Origin: an uncultured Planctomycetia bacterium
GTDB taxonomy: Bacteria > Omnitrophota > Gorgyraeia > Duberdicusellales > 4484-171
Direction: 5' to 3'
NCBI GenBank assembly: GCA_964489445.1
Contig: CAZAYU010000004.1
Span: 189-64,188, forward strand
DNA: 64,000 nt
Below are positions 42,284 through 51,016 of the stretch, piece by piece; position 1 is the first letter of the stretch, and each line of letters opens with the position of its first letter. Under the pieces are notes generated by a model that was given only the letters and a program-made list of their open reading frames with translations, searched no databases and had not been told where the DNA came from. A program made the translations under genes and the position numbers.

Positions 42284-43282
42284 TTAAGGATTAACTCGTA
42301 AAATCGTATTCATTAAAACAAATTCTAAGAAAAGTAAAAACAACGCCGAAAATAAAAAATAAAAAAATAACTCATGGTAATCTGAATACCCTTTCTCTTC
42401 TACAGAAGTAGTTTCCAGCTTATCAATCTCCTGGTAAATTTTTCGCAAAGACTCAGTATCCGTAGCTAAATAATATTTAGCATCTGTTATTTGCGCAATT
42501 TCCTTAAGTATTTTTTCGTCAATTTTTATTTCCACCTGTTGATAGCCTTTATTACCGAAACGATCTCTGACTGGATAAGGTACCGGTCCTTGTGTTCCTA
42601 CCCCAATAGTATAGACTTTAATTCCTAATGCCCCTGCCGCATCTGCAGCAGTAATCGGAGAAATTTTTCCGGCATTATTGGCACCGTCGGTAAGCAAGAT
42701 AACTGCCTTTCCTTTAGCTTGTGTGTCTTCTAAACGGTTTAAGCTGCAAACTATTCCCGAACCAATTGCCGTCCCATCATCTTCCATCATTCCGGATTCA
42801 ACTCTTTCAAGATTTTTTATAAGCCAGCTGTAATCAAGAGTTAACGGACAAATAGTATACGCTCTTCCGGCAAACGCAACTATCCCAATTCTATCACTTC
42901 TTCTCTCTTCAATAAAATTCTCTACCACATTTTTAACTACTGTTATCCTATCCGCTATCTTTCCTTTAAGTTTAAAATCACAAGCAAGCATGCTTGTTGA
43001 ACAATCTATCGCCAGCACAATGTCTATTCCTTCACTTTGAACCTTTGTGTCTTCTATCGGAGTTTGCAATCGGCTTAAAGCAAACACTAACAAACAACAA
43101 GAAATAACCCTTAAAAATATTAAATTTTTTCTTAATTTTACTTTAAAAGAAAACTGAATATTTTCAAAAAACCTTGTAGAAGAAAAACGAATTCCAGGAT
43201 ATTTATTGCGTTTATTGTTGTAAAGCAACAAAACAATTACTAATGGAATTAATAATAAAAAAAATGGATTACGGAAAATCAT
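42284..43282 (-). CDS. BatA-like von Willebrand factor A domain membrane protein
   Basis: TM helices and MIDAS motif DCSTSM. Confidence 0.85.
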   Translation of the reverse strand: MIFRNPFFLLLIPLVIVLLLYNNKRNKYPGIRFSSTRFFENIQFSFKVKLRKNLIFLRVISCCLLVFALSRLQTPIEDTKVQSEGIDIVLAIDCSTSMLACDFKLKGKIADRITVVKNVVENFIEERRSDRIGIVAFAGRAYTICPLTLDYSWLIKNLERVESGMMEDDGTAIGSGIVCSLNRLEDTQAKGKAVILLTDGANNAGKISPITAADAAGALGIKVYTIGVGTQGPVPYPVRDRFGNKGYQQVEIKIDEKILKEIAQITDAKYYLATDTESLRKIYQEIDKLETTSVEEKGYSDYHELFFYFLFSALFLLFLEFVLMNTILRVNP

Positions 43283-44232
43283 TGTTTATTCTCTTTAGTT
43301 TGCTCTACTAATCTCACCGCCGACTCAAAGCTAGCACCCATTTCATTGACAGATGGGCCATATTTAGCAAATTTTACCAAATCACAATGGATTAAGAACT
43401 CACGCAAAAGTTTTTTGTGTTCGCCTGATAGTTTGTCAGAATTTTCTGCCGTAAACAAAAATTCTTCCGTGGTCATCTCTGGAGCTTTAAAACTAAACCG
43501 ATTCTCTAAATAGCATCTGGCAATTGACGAAAGCTCTTCGTAGTATTCTTTAATTTTTCCTTTGTTAATATAATCCTTTTGCTTTAACAATTCTAACTCT
43601 TCATAAGCTATTAAATGAGCTGGTCTAGCCATAACAACTTCTTTGCATGCTATTTGTTTCTTTCGAGAAACAATCCTCCAAATAGCTAAACCAACAATCA
43701 CTAACCCCAGCAATAACAAAATATAAACCCATCTACCCAGCGGTAAGCTAACCGGGCCTTTGATGTCGGAAATATTATCTACTTTCTCATCTTTATCCAG
43801 CAAGCTTTGTATTTCTACCTCTAATTCATTTGTTTCTATTTCCTGATACTGACTGTCTTGTTTTGTTTTATACTTTATTACTACCGAAGGAATTACAAAT
43901 TCACCAATCTCGTAATTTACTAATAAATACCACTGGGTGATATCTTTCTTCCCGAAAAAATCTCGCTTTTTTAATCCAGAATCTTCAACTTTGAAGTCTC
44001 CTAAGCTTTTGGGAATATCCGGCAATTGAATTTCTGTGTTGCTTTTAGTTTGAACGGATATCTGATATTTTATTTTATCTCCGACATAAAAAATATTTTT
44101 TCCACCACTGATTTCTACACTAACAACTGGCTGTTCATTAATATCGATTCCTGCCCAGCAAAAATATTGCCCTAATAGGATGAATGAAACAATAAAAAAT
44201 ATTCTTGAAACCATATTCTTTTTCATTTTCAC
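43279..44232 (-). CDS. Hypothetical membrane protein of the BAT-type cluster
   Basis: Signal peptide plus a central TM (WVYILLLLGLVIVGLAIW). No catalytic motifs. Sits at the conserved position between DUF58 and BatA. Confidence 0.6.
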   Translation of the reverse strand: MKMKKNMVSRIFFIVSFILLGQYFCWAGIDINEQPVVSVEISGGKNIFYVGDKIKYQISVQTKSNTEIQLPDIPKSLGDFKVEDSGLKKRDFFGKKDITQWYLLVNYEIGEFVIPSVVIKYKTKQDSQYQEIETNELEVEIQSLLDKDEKVDNISDIKGPVSLPLGRWVYILLLLGLVIVGLAIWRIVSRKKQIACKEVVMARPAHLIAYEELELLKQKDYINKGKIKEYYEELSSIARCYLENRFSFKAPEMTTEEFLFTAENSDKLSGEHKKLLREFLIHCDLVKFAKYGPSVNEMGASFESAVRLVEQTKENKQ

Positions 44233-44234
44233 AA

Positions 44235-45113
44235 TTACCTCATCCTTCTTTCTCGCATCTTAAAAAACATTACCAGCTCTTTAGTGTAAGAAGAATCTGT
44301 ACGCACATCGATACTATCAATGCTTACAGAACTAAGCAATTTTTTGCGTTGGCTAAACTTTAATAGTGCATCATCACTAAATTTTTTCCTAACAGATTTG
44401 CTAGAAGTATCAATAAAGTAGCTTTTACCGCCTTCGGAATCATCAAACTTAACTATTCCGATATTCGGTAAATTTATTTCTTTAGGGTCAGTTATTGTTA
44501 TTGCTATGATATCATGACGTTTGTTAGAGACAGATAAAGACTTCTTAAGATCAGGAGCATAAAAGTCAGAAATAATAAATACGACAGCTTTCCGCTTAAT
44601 AACTCTGTTTAAATATTCAATAGCCTTAGGGATGTCTGTTCCTTTACCTTCCGGTTTAAAGTATAAAGCCTCCCGGACAACCCGTAAAACATGCTGAACT
44701 CCTTTTCGCGAAGGAATAAATTTTTCAATTCTGTCGGTAAACGCGATTAATCCTACTTTGTCATTATTCTTAATCGCTGAGAATGCTAAAACTGAAGAAA
44801 TCTCTGCGGCCAATTGTGCTTTTAAGTTATTTACTGTCCCAAAATAAGAAGAACCGGACATATCCAAAAGAATCATGACTGTTAACTCTCTTTCTTCAGT
44901 AAACTTTTTTACATAAGGATGGCCCATTCGTGCAGTTACATTCCAATCTATCGAACGAATCTCGTCACCTGGCTGATACTGTCGAACTTCATCAAATTCC
45001 ATTCCCTGCCCCTTAAACACACTTTGATATTGGCCGGCAAAAACATCAGTAACCATCCTAGAGGTATTTATTTGAATCCGACGAATTTTTTTAAGTACTT
45101 CTTTAGGAATCAT
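44235..45113 (-). CDS. DUF58-family protein (vWA-like, MoxR-associated)
   Basis: 292 aa. The pattern DWNVTAR...LLDMSGS is typical of DUF58 proteins that pair with MoxR ATPases. Confidence 0.8.
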   Translation of the reverse strand: MIPKEVLKKIRRIQINTSRMVTDVFAGQYQSVFKGQGMEFDEVRQYQPGDEIRSIDWNVTARMGHPYVKKFTEERELTVMILLDMSGSSYFGTVNNLKAQLAAEISSVLAFSAIKNNDKVGLIAFTDRIEKFIPSRKGVQHVLRVVREALYFKPEGKGTDIPKAIEYLNRVIKRKAVVFIISDFYAPDLKKSLSVSNKRHDIIAITITDPKEINLPNIGIVKFDDSEGGKSYFIDTSSKSVRKKFSDDALLKFSQRKKLLSSVSIDSIDVRTDSSYTKELVMFFKMRERRMR

Positions 45114-45235
45114 TTTGCTTCCTTCTTGAGCTTATCTTGTTAACTTACGCTATCTGTTTATAAAATAATGTTTTGCACGCTACATAATTTTTTCTAATTA
45201 CACTCTTTCTACTCTCTGCTTTTTCAATAGACTAC

Positions 45236-46228
45236 TTACGGCACCTCTACTTCTTCAAAGACTCTTTTAACTATATCTTCAGAAGTTTTTTCTTCAGCCT
45301 CTGCTTCATAGCTTACAATAACTCGATGTCTTAAAATATCCGGTCCAATAGATTTAACATCCTGCGGAGTAACATATCCTCTTCCTTTAATAAAAGCATG
45401 CGCCTTAGCAGCAAGAGTTAAACATATTGTTGCACGAGGAGAAGCTCCATATTGAATGAATCCAGATAAATCCTTCATGTTATAATTTTGCGGTTCTCTA
45501 GTAGCAAACACGATATCTAATATATACTTTTCAATCTTTTCATCCATATATATTTCGTCTACTACCCCTCTAGCCTTAATTATATCTTCTGGTCCGACCA
45601 CCGGATTAACTGTTATTTTCTTGTCGGTAAAGCTCATTCTTTTCAGAATCTGAGCCTCTTCTTTAATGTTCGGATAAGTAACATTTATTTTTAACATAAA
45701 CCTGTCAACCTGAGCTTCTGGCAATGAATAAGTACCTTCCTGCTCTATCGGATTCTGAGTCGCCATAACCAAGAATGGATTACCCAGCGGAAAAGTATTC
45801 TCACTAATTGTAACCTGCCTTTCTTGCATTGCTTCCAATAAAGCACTTTGAACCTTAGCCGGAGCACGATTTATTTCATCAGCAAGGATAATATTGGAGA
45901 ATATCGGACCTTTTTTAGTAACAAAAGACCCCTCTTTGGGATTATAAATTAGTGTACCTAAAATATCAGCCGGAAGTAAGTCGGGAGTAAACTGTATTCT
46001 TTGAAATTTTGTGTTAATCGCTTGGGCCAGAGTCTTAATAAATAATGTTTTTGCTAAGCCAGGTACTCCTTCTACTAAAATATGGCCATTAGCTAATAAC
46101 CCGACTAAGAACCTTTCGATTAAATAATCCTGCCCGATGATTACCTTTTTTATCTCTGTAATCAAATTTTCTACAAAAACACTTTCTTGTTTAACTTTCT
46201 CATTTATCGCAGTTATTCCTGTATCCAT
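45236..46228 (-). CDS. MoxR-family AAA+ ATPase
   Basis: Walker A GVPGLAKT and Walker B ILADEINRA. 330 aa. Confidence 0.9.
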   Translation of the reverse strand: MDTGITAINEKVKQESVFVENLITEIKKVIIGQDYLIERFLVGLLANGHILVEGVPGLAKTLFIKTLAQAINTKFQRIQFTPDLLPADILGTLIYNPKEGSFVTKKGPIFSNIILADEINRAPAKVQSALLEAMQERQVTISENTFPLGNPFLVMATQNPIEQEGTYSLPEAQVDRFMLKINVTYPNIKEEAQILKRMSFTDKKITVNPVVGPEDIIKARGVVDEIYMDEKIEKYILDIVFATREPQNYNMKDLSGFIQYGASPRATICLTLAAKAHAFIKGRGYVTPQDVKSIGPDILRHRVIVSYEAEAEEKTSEDIVKRVFEEVEVP

Positions 46229-46318
46229 CGTTCCCTCCTTTAAATATTATGTGTACAGTTAAAATATTTTAACTTTTACAATATTTTTTCTCATTAATAA
46301 CATTTGGTAACTAGATTA

Positions 46319-48694
46319 CTAACTGGAAAGTAGTTTTTTAACCTTTTTTGTTATCGTGAGAATATTTTTTTCCTCTTTTCTATTGTATTCTACTTTATCC
46401 ATTAGTTTACGAACAAGATATATTCCCAGCCCCCCTATCTTTCTTTCTTCCAAAGGCTTGTTAATATCCGGCTCAGGAGCCATAAGCGGATTAAAAGGGC
46501 TGGCATCGTCGGTAACTTCAATAGTCAGTTCTCCTTTGGCTAAAACAAAATTAATAATAACCCAATGTCTTTGAGAATTATCATAACCATAAGTAATAAT
46601 ATTACTCACCACTTCTTCTAGCGCTAGATTAATGTCGTTTGTATCTTCATTTGACAAATCATTTTTTTTGCTGAATACGGAGACAATCTTAGCTAAAGTT
46701 TGAATTTCGGAAAGATCATTCTTTAAAGCAAATTTTCTTTTATTTATTTCTTCAACTATATTTTTTGTAGAACAAAAATATTTTAAAACCATAATTGTAA
46801 TATCATCTGATTGATCTATTCCTTTGGAGTAGTTTCTTACTTCCTTTAATGTCTTTTTTACTAATTTTTCAGCAGAATCATCCCTGTGAATATAAACAAG
46901 ATCTCTTAATCTTTCTTCAGAAAACTGTTCCCCGTTTTCGTTAAAAGCTTCGTTAACGCCATCGGTATATAGATAAATCACATCGTCAGGCATTAATGTT
47001 AACTTTCCTTTACCAAAGGCAGCGCCCTCAATTACTCCAACAACAGTGCCTCCTGTTCCTTTAATAAATTTAACTTCTCCGTTTCGACGAATAATTAAAG
47101 GCGGATTATGGCCAGCATTTGCATAATTTACTTCACCGTTTTCTGTATTAAGGATACCGCAAAAAACAGTAATAAACATACAAGAATCATTTTCAGCGAA
47201 AATTTCTTTATTTACTCTTTCTAGAATTTTCTGTGGTGCAATCGTTTCTGAAGCAATTGTTTTAATTAATGTTTTAACCACCGCCATAAAAAGCGCCGCT
47301 GGTACTCCTTTTCCAGAAACATCCCCAATCACAAAACAAAGATGCTTACTATCAACAAAAAAGAAATCATATAAATCTCCGCCAACTTCTTTTGCTGGAG
47401 CTAATACAGCATAAATATCAAATTCAGATCTTTGGGGAAAAGGCGGAAATAGTTTGGGAACAATTCCCATTTGAATATTATGAGCAATCCGTAACTCACT
47501 TTCCATTCGTTCTTTGATCACCGTTGTTTCTTTTAATTTTTTGATATATTTTTTTAGGGCTTCACGCATATAGACAAATGAGTTAGTAAGCTTTCCGACC
47601 TCATCATTGGTTTTAACTGTTGAAAAACTAAAATCCAAATTTCCTTTAGCAATATCCTTAGTCCTTCGCGCTAGCATTCTTAAAGGCTTGGTAATTGTGC
47701 CGGATATTAGAACAACAACAATTAATAAAAATAAGAATCCTAAAATACCTAACGCGAATACACTCTTATTTAAATTAATAATATCCAACATTAATTCATC
47801 TTGTGGAAAAAGCACTCCCAAGGACCAACCGCTAGAAGGAATAGGTTCATAAGCCATCCAACATTTCTTCCCAGTAACAATACTTTCAAAAGGAACAAAA
47901 CCAGAACCGCCGTTAATCATTTTTTTTCCTATATACCGAAGATTATCATCGCTGCGTGATTCAGCTACACTAAATATAGTTTCGTGCATAATTAGATCTT
48001 TATAAGGGTGAGTAACAATTATTCCGTTATCGGAAATTAGAAAACCATATCCCGTATCAGCTATCTTAATCGATGAAACAATATTTTGAAGCCAAGATAA
48101 AGAAACATCGGCAGTAACCACCCCCTCAAATACCCTTTCCCCGTTAACGTTACGATAGAAGGGAACCGAATAAGTGGACATTATAATATTACCCCCTCCC
48201 TCATCGTAATAGGGAGCACTCCAACCAGGCTTTTGCAGCTCTTTAGGCATTTGATACCAATCTCGATAAAAATAATTATAGTCATCGTTACCTAAATAAG
48301 TAAATTTTATATCACCATCATTCTTGTAGAAATAAGGAGCGAAATATACCAAATTTTTATCAAAAAAATTAGGCTCAAAAGCAATTGCCCCTCCATAAAT
48401 TTCCGGATTATTTTTAATCGCCAAGCGTAATAAGCTAAGCAGCTCATTTTTCTTGTAAGAAAATTTCTCCAAAGAAAAAGCTAAACTTTGCGGAACTTTT
48501 TCGATAGGCCGTAATACAGTTTCAATTTTATTTACTGTTAATAAAGCCAAATTTTCGGCATTTTCTTTAATTTGCCGAACAATAATCCGACGAGAAAAGG
48601 AATAATTATACCCAAATACAATTAAAAAAATAAACGTAGAACTGCATAAAATAGAAAAAACTAACTTAAAAGCTATTCCTTTATTTTTAATCAT
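46319..48694 (-). CDS. Membrane sensor with periplasmic Cache-like domain, HAMP, PP2C/SpoIIE phosphatase and a C-terminal RsbW-type GHKL serine-kinase domain (fused RsbU-RsbW-like protein)
   Basis: 791 aa. TM1 (~res 10-30), periplasmic ~270 aa, TM2 (ALGILGFLFLLIVVVLI), HAMP. SpoIIE motifs GGDLYDF, GDVSGKG, TDGVNEA, DDITIMV. C-terminal N-box LALEEVVSNIITYG, G1 EVTDDASPFNP, G2 IGGLGIYLVRKLMD. Confidence 0.8.
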   Translation of the reverse strand: MIKNKGIAFKLVFSILCSSTFIFLIVFGYNYSFSRRIIVRQIKENAENLALLTVNKIETVLRPIEKVPQSLAFSLEKFSYKKNELLSLLRLAIKNNPEIYGGAIAFEPNFFDKNLVYFAPYFYKNDGDIKFTYLGNDDYNYFYRDWYQMPKELQKPGWSAPYYDEGGGNIIMSTYSVPFYRNVNGERVFEGVVTADVSLSWLQNIVSSIKIADTGYGFLISDNGIIVTHPYKDLIMHETIFSVAESRSDDNLRYIGKKMINGGSGFVPFESIVTGKKCWMAYEPIPSSGWSLGVLFPQDELMLDIINLNKSVFALGILGFLFLLIVVVLISGTITKPLRMLARRTKDIAKGNLDFSFSTVKTNDEVGKLTNSFVYMREALKKYIKKLKETTVIKERMESELRIAHNIQMGIVPKLFPPFPQRSEFDIYAVLAPAKEVGGDLYDFFFVDSKHLCFVIGDVSGKGVPAALFMAVVKTLIKTIASETIAPQKILERVNKEIFAENDSCMFITVFCGILNTENGEVNYANAGHNPPLIIRRNGEVKFIKGTGGTVVGVIEGAAFGKGKLTLMPDDVIYLYTDGVNEAFNENGEQFSEERLRDLVYIHRDDSAEKLVKKTLKEVRNYSKGIDQSDDITIMVLKYFCSTKNIVEEINKRKFALKNDLSEIQTLAKIVSVFSKKNDLSNEDTNDINLALEEVVSNIITYGYDNSQRHWVIINFVLAKGELTIEVTDDASPFNPLMAPEPDINKPLEERKIGGLGIYLVRKLMDKVEYNRKEEKNILTITKKVKKLLSS

Positions 48695-49700
48695 TACTTA
48701 CACAATTTTTATAAAAATTATTAAACTCCGGAATTGCACTAATCATTTTAGCTTTTTTTAGCTCTTCTCCTACTCGTAAATAATCTCCGGGTGAGAGCTT
48801 ACCGGAAATTTTATTTTGTCCGCTAGTCATTATCAAGTCTTCCATTCTTCCCAGCATCCACTTTTGATGGACTCTATTCGCCGGCATATTAGCTGCTTTT
48901 ATGTACTTTAAAACTATATCTAAGGCTTCATCCTGATGAGCAAAGGCATACTCCCATCCTTTGATTGTAGCCATAACAAAAGAGCAGCAAAGACGAGGAT
49001 TACTTAAAAATGTTTCTTTTACCGTATAAATTCCATCTTCAGGAAAGCTTAAGCCGTACTCAGAAAAAAAGAATGTCGTTAACTCTTCCGGGTCGTAACC
49101 AGAATTCAATATGGTATGATATTCGTTGTACCACATGGCTGAAGCCACATCAATGCCTCCACGCAAAAACAAATTTACAGAATATGTCTGAGGAACAATT
49201 GTTACTTTAAGGTTATATTTTTCAATAAAACTTAGTGCCTGCATTTGAGAAATTCCTGTCCAAACTCCTACTTTTTTATTATTAATATCTTCTATTTTTT
49301 TAATACCGCTTGATTTTTTTGCCACCAGCATAAACGCTGACTTCTGCATTATCTGAGCAATATTAACCAATTCTAACCCTTTAGCATGAGCCTGTATTGC
49401 TGTATTTAAGCTTAGATTGATAAAATCAACTTTACCCTGTTTTAAAAAATCACAAGGGGAACACTGAGGACCTCCGGTTGCAATATCAAGCTCTATTCCG
49501 TAATCCCGATAGAATCCTTTTTCATAGGCTACATAGTATCCGGCAAATTGAGCCTGAGGGACCCACTGAGCAACAAACGAACTTTTTTCAAGATTCTTCG
49601 AGCTATTTTGAGCTTCAACTGGAGACAATAATATAAAGCGGATAAAAAAAAGATATGCGACTATACTTAAGAAAACTTTTTGGTTAGACTTAAACACCAT
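48687..49700 (-). CDS. NMT1/THI5/SsuA-like periplasmic substrate-binding protein
   Basis: Signal peptide, 337-aa type-II SBP fold by motif similarity. Overlaps the sensor gene start by 8 nt. Confidence 0.7.
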   Translation of the reverse strand: MVFKSNQKVFLSIVAYLFFIRFILLSPVEAQNSSKNLEKSSFVAQWVPQAQFAGYYVAYEKGFYRDYGIELDIATGGPQCSPCDFLKQGKVDFINLSLNTAIQAHAKGLELVNIAQIMQKSAFMLVAKKSSGIKKIEDINNKKVGVWTGISQMQALSFIEKYNLKVTIVPQTYSVNLFLRGGIDVASAMWYNEYHTILNSGYDPEELTTFFFSEYGLSFPEDGIYTVKETFLSNPRLCCSFVMATIKGWEYAFAHQDEALDIVLKYIKAANMPANRVHQKWMLGRMEDLIMTSGQNKISGKLSPGDYLRVGEELKKAKMISAIPEFNNFYKNCVSND

Positions 49701-49823
49701 TGATTTTGTTTCTTTACAAGCTAGTGATGAATAGTAAATGTTTTCTTAGCTGTTCCCTAACAAATACTCTGTGAATTAATGCACTATTTTCTGTAAAAAT
49801 AAATGACCAATAATATTTATTTT

Positions 49824-50153
49824 TTATGTAGCGTCCTTCAACGCCTCCTCTTCTGATGAAGATATTTGGAATAATTTAACAAGTCCTGCTGTTTCAAAAA
49901 CTTCCAACACGCGCTCTTTAAGAGAAAACAATATTAATTTTCCAGAAACTTGTTTCACCCTCTTGGCAGCAAGCAGAAAAACTCTTAAACCCGCACTTGA
50001 TACATAATCGGTTTGAGAAAAATCACAGATAATCTTTTTATTTCCTTCTTCAACTAGACCAATAAGTAAATTTTCTGTCTCTTTCGCTGAAGAAGCATCA
50101 ATCTTACTGTCAACAATCATTATTTTTATATCGTTTACTGTTCTTATTCCCAT
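49824..50153 (-). CDS. STAS-domain anti-sigma-factor antagonist (SpoIIAA/RsbV family), paralogue B
   Basis: 109 aa. Conserved phosphorylatable-serine context DYVSSAGLRVFL. Confidence 0.85.
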   Translation of the reverse strand: MGIRTVNDIKIMIVDSKIDASSAKETENLLIGLVEEGNKKIICDFSQTDYVSSAGLRVFLLAAKRVKQVSGKLILFSLKERVLEVFETAGLVKLFQISSSEEEALKDAT

Positions 50154-50159
50154 AATTCA

Positions 50160-50169
50160 CCCCCCCCCC
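50160..50169. repeat. C10/G10 homopolymer in the ribosome-binding region of STAS paralogue B
   Basis: The plus strand reads A-C10-GG. On the coding (minus) strand this is CC-G10-TGAATT-ATG, so the tract sits 6 nt upstream of the start codon. Confidence 0.9.
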
Positions 50170-50185
50170 GGATTAAATTCACGCT

Positions 50186-50557
50186 TTATTCACTTATTTC
50201 TTTTTTTTGCATTTTATCAAGATAATCATCCAATTCCTCAATACTTGAAAAAATTTCCTGAATCGGTAAAGCATTGACAATATCAAAAACTTTCTTTATC
50301 GAAGAAGAAAGATTTACCATATACATATTCCCTTTGTTTTGCTTAAGATTCTTTTTAGTTTTAAAAATAACTCTCAATCCCGCACTGCTAATATAATTAA
50401 CCCTATCCATATCCAAAATAATAACCTCTGGGCGGTTTTTTAATATTGAATCGACTTCTTTTTCCAAGATCATATAGGTATTAGAATCAACAGTGCCAGA
50501 CAATGAAATAATAAATGTGCCTTGTCGTTTTTCATCTGTAACAACACTTAAAGGCAT
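50186..50557 (-). CDS. STAS-domain anti-sigma-factor antagonist (SpoIIAA/RsbV family), paralogue A
   Basis: 123 aa. DMDRVNYISSAGLRVIF conserved serine loop. RBS GGAGGAAATAATG. Confidence 0.85.
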   Translation of the reverse strand: MPLSVVTDEKRQGTFIISLSGTVDSNTYMILEKEVDSILKNRPEVIILDMDRVNYISSAGLRVIFKTKKNLKQNKGNMYMVNLSSSIKKVFDIVNALPIQEIFSSIEELDDYLDKMQKKEISE

Positions 50558-50848
50558 TATTTCCTCCTTGTTATTCTATTATCGTTAATTATCATTGTAA
50601 AAATTAGGTAAAAACAAACCCTAAATACTTTAAAAACATAATCCTAAGACTTAATTTTTAAGATATCACAGTTGTTAAAGATAGTCAAGAATCTACCTAT
50701 TAATTTAATCAAAATGATGGTTCTGACAAAGAGAAAAGGTGTTAGCACCTACAACCATTTAATCACAAAAAAATGTATAAATATGCATAAACAGTCCTTC
50801 CAGCCAGAAAAGATTCCGTTTCAAAAGAAGCGAGAAAACTATCTACTT

Positions 50849-50923
50849 CCGTTTAAAATGGTTGCCCCGCCTAGACTCGAACTAGGAATAACTGATCCAG
50901 AATCAGTCGTGTTACCAATTACA
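50849..50923 (-). tRNA. tRNA-Gln (anticodon CUG)
   Basis: Hand-folded 75-nt cloverleaf. U1-A72 acceptor (TGCCCCG/CGGGGCA) typical of bacterial tRNA-Gln. Anticodon loop TTCTGGA. T-arm CCTAG-TTCGAGT-CTAGG. CCA is encoded. Confidence 0.8.
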
Positions 50924-51016
50924 CTACGGGGCAATTGGCTATTATTGTAGTATTTTCAATGGGTTCTGGCAAGTATTTTCCTAAATTAAGGATTAGATTA
51001 TTTCGAGAGTATAAAT

